Below are positions 19,198 to 28,121 of a stretch of 64,000 nucleotides of DNA, one piece after another (the first letter of the stretch is position 1; each line of letters opens with the position of its first letter). Position numbers and translations under genes: made by a program. The stretch covers positions 29,872-93,871 of the forward strand of contig JAUYMS010000012.1 in NCBI GenBank assembly GCA_030698625.1, given 5' to 3'. The DNA comes from Candidatus Omnitrophota bacterium (GTDB lineage Bacteria; Omnitrophota; Omnitrophia; Omnitrophales; Aquincolibacteriaceae). A model generated the notes under the pieces. The model had not been told where the DNA came from, ran no database searches, and saw only the letters and a program-made list of their open reading frames with translations.

Positions 19198-20126
19198 TAA
19201 CGCTCGCATTCATCTTTCTCCTCTGCGTGTTGTTCTCCGCGTTCTTTTCCGGCTCAGAAATGGCGTTTGTGTCAGCCAATAAGCTGGCCTTGCGTAACCG
19301 AGCGGATTCCGGAGACCGTGCGGCTAAGATGATTGTCAAGCTGCAGAGGCAGTCTCACGCGTTCCTGACCGCAGTTTTACTCGGTAATAATATTGTCAAC
19401 GTGACGGCAACTGCCGTTTTGACATTAGCGCTACAGCAGTACTTTGGCATAGAAAGTGAGTTGGTTGTGACGTTGCTCCTGGCCCCCGTGATCATTGTCT
19501 TTGGTGAAATGGTGCCTAAGGACTATTGCCGTATGCGGTCGCAGTCTTTTCTCGTTAAAAATGCGGGCGCTTTGAACCTCTTTTTCTCTATCTTTAAACA
19601 TCCGGCGCGCTGGATATCGGCAGGTGCCAATCTTCTTTTGCCTCGGCGGCATAAAAGTATATTTGTCAGTGAGAGAGAGTTTCGTGCGATCATTGAGGAA
19701 AGTACTCATGCGGGTGTCGTCAGCCGTGACGAAAAAAAGATGGTTGACAGGATTCTTGATTTTGAAAAGACGCATGTCCACACAGTCATGATACCGCTCG
19801 AAGAGGTCTCCAAGGTCAATAACCGGGCTACGGTGGGAGAAGTTAAAGAGGTTGCACGTCGAAGCCGTGCCAAGATGATCTTGGTTTACGAAGAAATTCC
19901 GTCCATCATTGTGGGTATGATTTACGTTTTTGACCTGTTGTTCGAGGAGAGAAATCACCTTGGGTTGAAGGAATTTCTCCGCTCGCCCATTTTTTTGCCT
20001 CAGAATACATCTCTTGAAAAGGCCTTTTTTACGCTACAGCAAAAGCGGCAGTCGAATGCCGTCATAATTGACCGCCGAGGGAACGTCGCCGGCGTTGTTC
20101 CCATTGAGCGGCTTATCACGCTGTAG
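19194..20126 (+). CDS. CNNM/DUF21-CBS protein (no CorC domain)
   Basis: SAFFSGSEMAF, LLGNN.VN, FGEM.PK, CBS pair; ATGA overlap with the previous gene. Confidence 0.88.
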   Translation: MITLAFIFLLCVLFSAFFSGSEMAFVSANKLALRNRADSGDRAAKMIVKLQRQSHAFLTAVLLGNNIVNVTATAVLTLALQQYFGIESELVVTLLLAPVIIVFGEMVPKDYCRMRSQSFLVKNAGALNLFFSIFKHPARWISAGANLLLPRRHKSIFVSEREFRAIIEESTHAGVVSRDEKKMVDRILDFEKTHVHTVMIPLEEVSKVNNRATVGEVKEVARRSRAKMILVYEEIPSIIVGMIYVFDLLFEERNHLGLKEFLRSPIFLPQNTSLEKAFFTLQQKRQSNAVIIDRRGNVAGVVPIERLITL

Positions 20127-20149
20127 ACTATAGGCGGAGGAGAAGCCTC

Positions 20150-20635
20150 GTGGCTCATAGATATAATCAATTATTCCCCTATTTAGTGACCCTGGGTCTT
20201 ACGATTTTTATGATTCTGGTTTCCACGGCAGGGGAGGCCGCCATCGACGATGATATTGGAGCTCCAGCTCAGGAAGTCTACGAGGCGGCGCTGTTTGTCC
20301 TGAACGATGTTGGAGTTTCCACGCAGGACGAAAATGACTTCTATATCGAAAGCGATTGGTCCATAGATACAATAGAGGAAGTTCGAAAACTTCCGTTTAA
20401 TTTCGCATTGGATAAAAAACTCGATCGGCGAGCCCGTTACCATATCCGGCTTGTGCGGTGGCCAACTTACACCGAGGTTCATATTGAGACCAAGTTTCAA
20501 GACCGGCGCCACGGCGCTGGGCGTATGGTGCGGTGGAAGACGCGTAAGGCGACTTTTAACGACCATCAACTCGAAAAGAACCTTTTCGAAGATATTCTCC
20601 TGCGGCTCGAAGCAAACCGCATCCGAAAAGGTTAA
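20150..20635 (+). CDS. hypothetical exported protein
   Basis: GGAGG SD, GTG start, signal-peptide-like N-terminus. Confidence 0.6.
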   Translation: MAHRYNQLFPYLVTLGLTIFMILVSTAGEAAIDDDIGAPAQEVYEAALFVLNDVGVSTQDENDFYIESDWSIDTIEEVRKLPFNFALDKKLDRRARYHIRLVRWPTYTEVHIETKFQDRRHGAGRMVRWKTRKATFNDHQLEKNLFEDILLRLEANRIRKG

Positions 20636-20755
20636 AATCCTGCCAAAAACCCCTCTGCCTGCGATAAAGCTTTAGAAAGTGGAGCCGTTATATAGTAGGA
20701 CAGGTGTCGATCCTGTTAGACATCATCCGACCACCTAATAAGGGAGAACGGCTGG

Positions 20756-21856
20756 TTGCAGGTTATAGCAATTGCCAATCAGAAGGGTGGGTGCGGCAAG
20801 ACGACGAGCAGCATTAATCTTGCTGCCTGCTTAGCTCACCTGAAAAAGAAAGTACTTTTGGTGGATCTTGATCCCCAGGGGCATGCCACTTGTGGGCTAG
20901 GGATTCGCGCAGAGGAACTTCCTTATAGTCTTTATGACCTTTTGTCGCCTAAAGACGAACAGAAGCCGGGCGTCTCAGAAGTGCTCATTGAGATTAATCC
21001 ACACTTTTGCCTGCTGCCTTCCCACACAGTTTTGAGTGCCGTAGAAGAGGAATTGGCCTTTCACGGAGGACGTCAAAAGCGCCTGAAATCGTTGTTGTTC
21101 CGCGTTGCTCAGGAGATCGGCGACTTTGACCATATCATAATCGATTGTCCTCCCAATCTTGGCGTATTGACCTATAACGCGCTGGATGCGGCTGACGAAG
21201 TTATCATACCGCTCGAGCCTTCCTTTTTTTCACTGCACGGTCTTGCCAAGATTACGGAAACGATTCAGTGGGTAAACCAAGAAAGAAAGCGGGCTATTGA
21301 ATTGCACGCGCTTATGACCATCTACGATGCGCGCACTTGTTTCGCACGAGAGGTCTACGAAGAGGTTGAAAGATACTTTTCCGAGAGGCTCTTTCGTGCC
21401 GTGATTCACGAAAGCGTGCTGCTGAAAGAGGCGGCAAGTGCGGGCCAGAGCATTGTGGATTACGAGCCGGACTCTATTCCGTTCTATGATTATCTTAGTG
21501 TGGCCACCGAGCTTATGGAGCGCCAATGGAGTCGCATTCTCCCGGAGCAGGAAACGCGCTGGCTCGATAAGATTCAAAATAGGTACGGCCCCCGGTCCGT
21601 CTGCGGGGGAGTCCTTTTTCAATGCTATAACAAATACGCGCGCTTTGTGGAAATTGCCGGAGACTTCAACAATTGGATACCCGAAGCCCTAGTGCAAAGA
21701 AACGACAATGGCCTTTGGCAGAAGGTGATCACGGCGCATGGGGGCGCCTGCCGGTATAAATTTATAGTGGACGGCGAGTGGCAAGTGGACCCTCATCAAC
21801 TGGAGCAACGCGAAAACGCCTACGGCAGTTTCGATTCTTATTTGGAAGTAGGCTGA
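20756..21856 (+). CDS. ParA/Soj family ATPase fused to a C-terminal CBM48/AMPK1-CBM glycogen-binding-like domain
   Basis: Deviant Walker A NQKGGCGKTT, DLDPQG, IDCPP; C-terminal V.IAGDFNNW...L.....G.W......G..RYKFIVDGEW..DP......N.YG...S. Confidence 0.88.
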   Translation: MQVIAIANQKGGCGKTTSSINLAACLAHLKKKVLLVDLDPQGHATCGLGIRAEELPYSLYDLLSPKDEQKPGVSEVLIEINPHFCLLPSHTVLSAVEEELAFHGGRQKRLKSLLFRVAQEIGDFDHIIIDCPPNLGVLTYNALDAADEVIIPLEPSFFSLHGLAKITETIQWVNQERKRAIELHALMTIYDARTCFAREVYEEVERYFSERLFRAVIHESVLLKEAASAGQSIVDYEPDSIPFYDYLSVATELMERQWSRILPEQETRWLDKIQNRYGPRSVCGGVLFQCYNKYARFVEIAGDFNNWIPEALVQRNDNGLWQKVITAHGGACRYKFIVDGEWQVDPHQLEQRENAYGSFDSYLEVG

Positions 21857-21858
21857 AC

Positions 21859-22683
21859 GTGAACCCCGATCGGAAACTCAAACGAGGCTTAAAAGATATT
21901 TCACCGGCTTTTTCTGAGCCAACGAAGGCCATCCCCTCTATAGTTAGGCGAGTGACGCTGGATGGGCCACCCGGTGTCACCGTGTTGAGTATTTTTAGCC
22001 CGGATTATCCCGCGGATTCCTTTTTGTTGAATACGCTGTTGGCGTCTCGCTTGGCTAATGCTCAGAGGCCGGGACACATTATATCCATCGATGCGGAGTG
22101 GGACGCCCGCCAGGCTGGGAAGGAAAAACGCATCTTTTCTCAAGAGCTGCTGAATCTTCACCTGAGACGGTCGCGTTTCTCATGGTCTCAGTTCTCTGAG
22201 ATCTGCCGCCGGCGTGTTCCTGAGACAGCCACCGTCACGGTTCCGGATCAACTCATTTTTCTGGATGTTCACTATGGCTGTGTTCCCTTTGATGAGGAAA
22301 TCGCGCCGATTCTGGACAAGTGGATATTTTTTCTCCAACCGCGAGCCGACAGTCTGAGTGAAGCCTATAAAATGATGAAGGCCACATTCGCCCATAATCC
22401 GCATCTCGAGTATTTTCTTGTGTTTGAAGGGGACTCGAAGCGCAAGCCACTCGGCCCTTATCTCTTTGAGCGCTTCTCGTCAATTTTATCCGAGCGTCTT
22501 GGCGTCAATTTAGTCTGGCTGGGATATCTGGATCCGTCCGGTGCGCCGAATGCTTCTCCTGGAGAGATCACTCTAGAACATCTTTTTTTAGGCGAAAGAC
22601 GCGCTATGGATAATCCGGCAAAAGTGGCATTGGCCGGGCTGACTGAGTTATCACTCGGTCGGTACATGTCTACAGCATCATGA
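21859..22683 (+). CDS. hypothetical protein, degenerate MinD/FlhG-like
   Basis: GTG 2 nt after the ParA stop; SLSEAYKMMKA and ERLGVNLVWLGYL resemble the FlhG/MinD C-terminal half; no Walker A. Confidence 0.5.
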   Translation: MNPDRKLKRGLKDISPAFSEPTKAIPSIVRRVTLDGPPGVTVLSIFSPDYPADSFLLNTLLASRLANAQRPGHIISIDAEWDARQAGKEKRIFSQELLNLHLRRSRFSWSQFSEICRRRVPETATVTVPDQLIFLDVHYGCVPFDEEIAPILDKWIFFLQPRADSLSEAYKMMKATFAHNPHLEYFLVFEGDSKRKPLGPYLFERFSSILSERLGVNLVWLGYLDPSGAPNASPGEITLEHLFLGERRAMDNPAKVALAGLTELSLGRYMSTAS

Positions 22684-23291
22684 AGCTCTACTTCCTGCCT
22701 CCCTCCGACACCGTTTCAGATTCAGTTGTCACAGCCCTGAGAGAAGCGGTCCTCAGCCGACAGCCCGAAGCCGGTGAAGATATCGGTATGCCTATGATGG
22801 GGGCCTACAGGCAGCAGATCGTTCTCAGAATGAGCGATGGCGTTTTTTGGGGGCGCGTATTTCGTGATCGAGTTTCAGGCGCAGCTCTTGTTAAGCTTGA
22901 AAAAGAGTATCAACAGCTCAAATCTATTCTGCGCGATAATCTCAGTTACACTGTTTTCTATTCCTCAGCGGTGCCGGAATCACCGGCTAATCCGGAAGCT
23001 TGGCCTGAAGATTTGCTCGAAGACCTTGGCCGACCCGGATTTCACTGCTTTGAATATAGAATCGTGTCTTGTGAGGGAAGCCGCGCATTGGTTTTGCAGA
23101 CTAGCTCCGTTACGCGCGGACTTGGGATTCAACCGCCGGATACCAAGGAAAAGCGTGTTTCCTTCACCCCGCCGCCCCAGAACGCCGAATCGTGCGATGA
23201 ATTGGGGCATCGACTTTCTCCGGCAGAGATAGCCGAATTCGTAGAACTTGGCCTGGAAATTAGAAAACTTACAGGCACCCGCCCTGATTAA
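22680..23291 (+). CDS. hypothetical protein
   Basis: ATGA overlap with the previous gene; 203 aa; no family recognised. Confidence 0.55.
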   Translation: MKLYFLPPSDTVSDSVVTALREAVLSRQPEAGEDIGMPMMGAYRQQIVLRMSDGVFWGRVFRDRVSGAALVKLEKEYQQLKSILRDNLSYTVFYSSAVPESPANPEAWPEDLLEDLGRPGFHCFEYRIVSCEGSRALVLQTSSVTRGLGIQPPDTKEKRVSFTPPPQNAESCDELGHRLSPAEIAEFVELGLEIRKLTGTRPD

Positions 23292-23339
23292 AGCGTCATC
23301 TATATCCAAACGACAGTTTTGTGGTATAATCCGCCATAA

Positions 23340-24053
23340 ATGACAGAGATTAAAGCCAATATTGAAATCCTCAAGCAAGCCCAAGAGTTGGATTGGACTG
23401 TATACCATTCCGGACAGCGTCTTATAGAGATCCCTCAGGAGAGGGATAGACTCAAACAGACATTGGAGTCTGAAAAAAGCCATCTCAAGCAACTTCAAGA
23501 CCATCTCACGACCCTTCAACTCAAGCAAAAGGAGAAGGAGCTGGAGCTCGGTGAGAAGGAGGCGCATATTAAGAAGTTAGACGGGCAGCTAGCGCAGGTT
23601 AAAACTAACAAGGAATATAGCGCTATGCAGCAAGAAGTAGCGTCGCTTAAGGCTGATAACTCCGTCCTCGAGGAAGAGATTATTCGAATAATGGATGAAG
23701 TGGAAGCCGCGCAGGAAGAGGTCAAGAAGGAGAGTGACCGCCTCAAGGAGCGCGAAAAGCATTATCAAAGCCAGGAAGTCGAGCTGGCCAGTAAAGAAAA
23801 GAAGCTTAACGAGGAGATTGAAAACCTCCTAAAAGGCAGGGAGGAGATCCTCCAGAGGGTTGATCCCGAGATCCGCGGTAAGTACGAGATCGTGGTGAAG
23901 AAGAAGGAGGGGGTTGCCTTGGCAAAGGTCCTCAATGAAACCTGTTCTGCCTGCCAGATGCGCCTTAGACCCCAGTTGCTTAATGAGATTATTCTCGCCG
24001 CGGACCTCGTTGCCTGCGAAAACTGCTATCGTTTTCTCTACATAGATAAGTAA
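23340..24053 (+). CDS. coiled-coil protein with C4 zinc ribbon (DUF164/CT398 family)
   Basis: Long coiled coil with VKTNKEY, C-terminal CSAC...CENC.R.LY. Confidence 0.9.
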   Translation: MTEIKANIEILKQAQELDWTVYHSGQRLIEIPQERDRLKQTLESEKSHLKQLQDHLTTLQLKQKEKELELGEKEAHIKKLDGQLAQVKTNKEYSAMQQEVASLKADNSVLEEEIIRIMDEVEAAQEEVKKESDRLKEREKHYQSQEVELASKEKKLNEEIENLLKGREEILQRVDPEIRGKYEIVVKKKEGVALAKVLNETCSACQMRLRPQLLNEIILAADLVACENCYRFLYIDK

Positions 24054-24173
24054 GCCCCTAGCGGCTGACCCCGAAATAACCCTATCCCAGCGACTCTATC
24101 TCTTGTAGGCCCCTCTTTGCCCGCACCCAATATATTGTATCTCTTTATATAGCAATAACTTTTGAAAAAGATT

Positions 24174-24202
24174 TTGACACGAAGGTCAATTCAACCTATA
24201 CT
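24174..24202 (+). promoter_or_regulatory. sigma70-type promoter of the mraZ (dcw) operon
   Basis: TTGACA-17nt-TATACT. Confidence 0.8.
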
Positions 24203-24217
24203 CCAGTCGATAATAAA

Positions 24218-24243
24218 GTGGTAGGAAGTGGTAGGTTGTGGGG
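24218..24243 (+). promoter_or_regulatory. MraZ operator (dcw boxes)
   Basis: Three GTGG repeats with exact 10-bp period (24218, 24228, 24238) between the promoter and mraZ, matching known MraZ-binding repeats. Confidence 0.85.
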
Positions 24244-24266
24244 AAACCCGAGGAGCCATTCCAGTT

Positions 24267-24704
24267 ATGTTTTACGGCGAATATGAACATACACTCGATA
24301 AGAAAGACCGCATCATCATCCCAGCCAAGTTTCGCGAGATCTTCAAGGAAAATTATGTGGAGCGATTCTATGTCACCCGGGGACTTGATCGCTGTCTGTT
24401 CGTCTTTACCGAAGAGACCTGGAAAAATCAGGAAAAAAAGTTTCGTGAAATGCCCTTTACCCGGCCGGAAGCACGCCGCTTTAACCGGCTTTACTTCTCT
24501 GGTGCAGTCGACGTTGTTTGCGACAAACAGGGGAGGATTCTCATCCCGTCTTATCTCAAGTCATACGCAACGATCAATGAACATGTTGTCGTTATCGGAG
24601 TTTCAGACCGCATCGAAATCTGGGCGAAAGAAAAGTGGAAAGAGTTCTATGACGAAAATCAGGGCAGCTTCGAAGACTTGGCAGAAAAACTAATTACGGA
24701 ATAA
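24267..24704 (+). CDS. mraZ: transcriptional regulator MraZ
   Basis: MFYGEYEHTLD.K.R..IPAKFR, D.QGRILIP, IGV.DR.EIW; GAGGAG SD. Confidence 0.96.
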   Translation: MFYGEYEHTLDKKDRIIIPAKFREIFKENYVERFYVTRGLDRCLFVFTEETWKNQEKKFREMPFTRPEARRFNRLYFSGAVDVVCDKQGRILIPSYLKSYATINEHVVVIGVSDRIEIWAKEKWKEFYDENQGSFEDLAEKLITE

Positions 24705-24724
24705 AACTAAAAGGGGGTTCACCT

Positions 24725-25063
24725 GTGGCTTATCGATCGAGATCTAAGATGGGCGTTGATGTACTGCGATTCGAAGGAGATCTGAGTGCTGTTGAGATGG
24801 TAAAGATTAAAAGCCGTTTGTCTCGCTTGTTGAAGAAGAATCACAAGAAGCTTCTGCTTGATCTCAAGCGCGCGCGCCGCGTTGAATTAGCAGGATTGGG
24901 TATTCTCGTTGACCGTCTCATGAAGGTGCGTCAACAGAAGGGTGATATCAAGTTGTGCAACATCCGACCTGAAGTGGAACAGACGCTACGCATGATCGGG
25001 GTCAGTGGTCTTATGGAGTCGTTTTGTACGGAAGAAGAGGCTATACGGAGTTTTGCTGCATAA
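24725..25063 (+). CDS. STAS-domain (anti-sigma antagonist-like) protein
   Basis: G.L, KLLLDL....VELAGLG.LV, G.IKLCN....V...L.M.G, EEEAIRSF. Confidence 0.85.
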   Translation: MAYRSRSKMGVDVLRFEGDLSAVEMVKIKSRLSRLLKKNHKKLLLDLKRARRVELAGLGILVDRLMKVRQQKGDIKLCNIRPEVEQTLRMIGVSGLMESFCTEEEAIRSFAA

Positions 25064-25973
25064 ACCGGTTCTTATAAAGGAAACCCTGGATTGTTTAGCG
25101 ATCCCTCGGGATGCCGTTGCTGTTGACGGAACTCTGGGTGACGGGGGCCACGCAGAAGAGATGCTTAAGCGATTAGGCCCTGGGGGAAGACTGATCGCGA
25201 TCGACCAAGATCCACAGGCGATCCTCAGATGCCGGGAGCGTTTCAAAGATTATCGCAATATTTCATTTCATCATGAGAATTTTAGGAATATGCCGGCTGT
25301 TCTGGATTCATTGAATATTGTTGCGGTGGATGCTGTGCTGTTGGACATAGGCTTTTCATCCGATCAACTCGAAGACGCATCCCGCGGCTTTAGTTTTGCA
25401 CGAAACGGCCCTCTGGATATGCGAATGAATCCGGATCTTACATTGCAGGCATTCGATATCGTTAACGGGTACAGACAACAGGAGCTCGAAAAGGTGTTTT
25501 ATGAGTTCGGCGAACAGCGATGGTCACGGAGATTTGCTCGTCAGATCGTTGAAGAGCGACATAAGAAGCCCATCCTTACAACCACAGAGCTTGCTGAAGT
25601 CCTTGAGCGTTCCGTGCCCGGAAGATTTTCCCATCCAAAAAGCAAACGGCCTTCGTGGTCTCGCCATCATCCCGCAACGCGCGCTTTTCAAGCATTGCGA
25701 ATTGCCGTCAATGATGAGCTCGGCGCCCTTGAAGAAGGGCTGGATAGAATGTGGCCGTTCCTAAGATCCGGCGGACGACTTGCAACCATTACGTTTCATT
25801 CCCTGGAAGATCGCATTGTGAAGAACCGATTTCGTAATTGGGCTCGGTCCGGGGAAGCGATCCTTGTGCACAAAAAGCCCGTCACCCCCGGCCGCGATGA
25901 AACAGTCGATAACCCGAGGGCACGGAGTGCTAAATTGAGGGTTGTGGAGAGGACCGATGAGCGGATTTCTTAA
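25053..25973 (+). CDS. rsmH: 16S rRNA m4C1402 methyltransferase
   Basis: HKPVL, DGTLG.GGH, D.G.SS.QL, RGFSF...GPLDMRM, HPATR.FQALRI.VN.EL, FHSLEDR, NPRARSAKLR. Start at TTG 25053 is inferred. Confidence 0.95.
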   Translation: MLHKPVLIKETLDCLAIPRDAVAVDGTLGDGGHAEEMLKRLGPGGRLIAIDQDPQAILRCRERFKDYRNISFHHENFRNMPAVLDSLNIVAVDAVLLDIGFSSDQLEDASRGFSFARNGPLDMRMNPDLTLQAFDIVNGYRQQELEKVFYEFGEQRWSRRFARQIVEERHKKPILTTTELAEVLERSVPGRFSHPKSKRPSWSRHHPATRAFQALRIAVNDELGALEEGLDRMWPFLRSGGRLATITFHSLEDRIVKNRFRNWARSGEAILVHKKPVTPGRDETVDNPRARSAKLRVVERTDERIS

Positions 25974-26340
25974 AATTATAGGATGGATCATACCGTTAAC
26001 GGTAGGGCTTTTGCTCTATGTTCACGGACAGGTCTCGCTCTTTCAAGTCTCGTATTCTCTGGACTTGCAGCGGCATATAGTTGCCGAAAAGAGGGAAGAA
26101 TACCGCCGCCTTAAGTTTGAGGTGGATCAACTTAAAGCACCCAGGGTGCTTGAACGCCGCATTAAGGACGAAGGCTTAGAACTTGCATTGCCCGACCAAA
26201 TCCGAGTCCTTCGCGTCAGTCCCCCTGTGAATATCCCATTACCGCCCGTCGTGCGGATCCAACCGAAAGCCTTTTCAGACGGCCTGACGAATTTCCTTGG
26301 TAAATGGGTGAGGGTGGCTCAGGCGAAGCCGGACGCCTGA
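25957..26340 (+). CDS. ftsL: FtsL-like cell division protein
   Basis: Single TM plus short coiled coil (L..P..LER) between rsmH and ftsI. Confidence 0.65.
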   Translation: MSGFLKIIGWIIPLTVGLLLYVHGQVSLFQVSYSLDLQRHIVAEKREEYRRLKFEVDQLKAPRVLERRIKDEGLELALPDQIRVLRVSPPVNIPLPPVVRIQPKAFSDGLTNFLGKWVRVAQAKPDA

Positions 26341-28121
26341 TGCCCGCATCGGTTTCACTGCGACGGTTCTGGTTTCTTAATCTTGTCATCGGCATTGTGT
26401 TCTGTGTCCTAACCTATCAGTTTGTTCAACTCACCGTATTACGCCAGCCCGCTCTCAAGGCCGTTGCCCAGAGGCAGCACACCTTAACCATAGACCTTCC
26501 GCCCTTTCGGGGTGCGATTCTCGACGCCCGAGGAAAGGAGCTTGCAACGAATCTCAAAGTGCCCTCCGTATATGCCGTGCCCCGTCTTCTGACCGAGGAA
26601 AACAGGAAAACTGTAGCGAGAGAAGTGAGCAACTTATTGGGAGTAGACTACGATTTTGCCCTCGAACGTCTGTCGCGCGATAAGTCATTCGTCTGGATCA
26701 GACGGCGAGTAACGCATGAGGAGGCGAAAAAGATAAGGGAATTGAAGCTGCCCTCGTTGGGAATTATTGAGGACTATCAGCGTTTTTATCCGCAGGGTGA
26801 CTTGCTGGCACAAGTCCTGGGTTTTACAAATATCGATAATGAAGGACTTGAAGGTCTCGAACTCAAATACGATCACGCCCTGCACGGCCGACCGGGAAAG
26901 CGGTATACCAAGCGAGACGCCTTGGGGCGCGAGATCAAGGCTTTTGAGATCAAGACCATTCCGGCGGTTCATGGGCACAAAGTGGTTTTGACCATTGATC
27001 AATACCTGCAGTACTTAACAGAAACGGCACTCGAAAAAGCCTATCGCGAGTGGAATGCGAAAGGCGCCATGGCTGTCCTCATGGACCCTGCAAGCGGTCG
27101 AATTCTTGCCATTGCCAATCGTCCTGGTTTTGATCTGAATCATATTGCTTCAGCGAATGCCGACAGTCGGCGAAATCGCGCAATCACCGATACTTATGAA
27201 CCGGGTTCCGTCTTCAAGATCGTTACCGCCAGCGCTGCCCTTAATGAAGGTGTTGCGAATACTGAGACAAATTTCTTCTGTGAAAATGGTGAGTATCGTT
27301 ATGGATCACGTACCTTGCATGATGTGCACCCGTACGGTGATCTCAGTTTTGCCGATGTCATAGTAAAATCAAGCAACATTGGCGCCGTGAAAATTGCCGC
27401 ACTCATGAAGCCCGACGTGTTTCAATCCTATATCGACGGTTATGGATTTGGTAAGAAAACGCAGATCGATCTCCCGGGTGAGGTTTCCGGTTTTACAAGG
27501 CCGCCGGCGCAGTGGTCAAAGACGACACCGTACAATATTCCCATGGGGCATGAGATTATGGTTACGGCGATTCAGATGACGGCCGCCATGGCGACTCTCG
27601 CTAACGGCGGGGACCGCGTCAAACCCTATATCGTCTCGCACATAGAAGATCAGTCCGGCTTTGTCATGCGGCGCAACCTGCCTCAGGTAGTCAAGCACGT
27701 AGTTCGTCCCGAGGTCGCCAAGCAAATGCGGGAAATGCTCACGAGAGTTGTCGAAGAAGGAACCGGTAAGCGTGCCCGCATCGAGGGGACTCAAGTCGGA
27801 GGAAAGACGGGAACGGCGCAGAAGGTATTGCCCGGAGGAAAGGGATATTCTCATGACAGCTTTATTTCATCTTTCGTAGGATTTGCCCCGAGTGAAAATC
27901 CGCAGCTCGCAATGGCAGTTGTTCTTGATGACCCTCACCCGAGTTACTATGGGGGAACGGTTGCCGCGCCGGTTTTTAAGGAAGTAATGGAGAGAGGACT
28001 TCTGTATTTGGGTTATATCCCCGAAGAGGCCCGGCGCCTGGAGCCTTCCAACCGGAAACCAGTGCCTCAAGCGAATCCGCCCATGTTTGTACCGGCGCAA
28101 GCTGCGGGTACAAGGATTTAG
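26340..28121 (+). CDS. ftsI: class B penicillin-binding protein (PBP3/FtsI)
   Basis: RG.I.D, R.YP.G, GLEGLE, EPGSVFK (SxxK), KSSN (SxN), GKTGTAQK; no PASTA domain. Confidence 0.92.
   Translation: MPASVSLRRFWFLNLVIGIVFCVLTYQFVQLTVLRQPALKAVAQRQHTLTIDLPPFRGAILDARGKELATNLKVPSVYAVPRLLTEENRKTVAREVSNLLGVDYDFALERLSRDKSFVWIRRRVTHEEAKKIRELKLPSLGIIEDYQRFYPQGDLLAQVLGFTNIDNEGLEGLELKYDHALHGRPGKRYTKRDALGREIKAFEIKTIPAVHGHKVVLTIDQYLQYLTETALEKAYREWNAKGAMAVLMDPASGRILAIANRPGFDLNHIASANADSRRNRAITDTYEPGSVFKIVTASAALNEGVANTETNFFCENGEYRYGSRTLHDVHPYGDLSFADVIVKSSNIGAVKIAALMKPDVFQSYIDGYGFGKKTQIDLPGEVSGFTRPPAQWSKTTPYNIPMGHEIMVTAIQMTAAMATLANGGDRVKPYIVSHIEDQSGFVMRRNLPQVVKHVVRPEVAKQMREMLTRVVEEGTGKRARIEGTQVGGKTGTAQKVLPGGKGYSHDSFISSFVGFAPSENPQLAMAVVLDDPHPSYYGGTVAAPVFKEVMERGLLYLGYIPEEARRLEPSNRKPVPQANPPMFVPAQAAGTRI

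Noticed and set aside
20690-20740. Possible structured RNA (alternative ACAGG/CCTGT and AGGTG/CACCT stems) before the ParA gene
   Set aside because: The stems are short and match no riboswitch consensus I recognise; this cannot be supported without covariation data.
24218-24243. Short direct repeats as a possible novel repeat or CRISPR remnant
   Set aside because: The 10-bp GTGG periodicity directly upstream of mraZ is the known MraZ operator.
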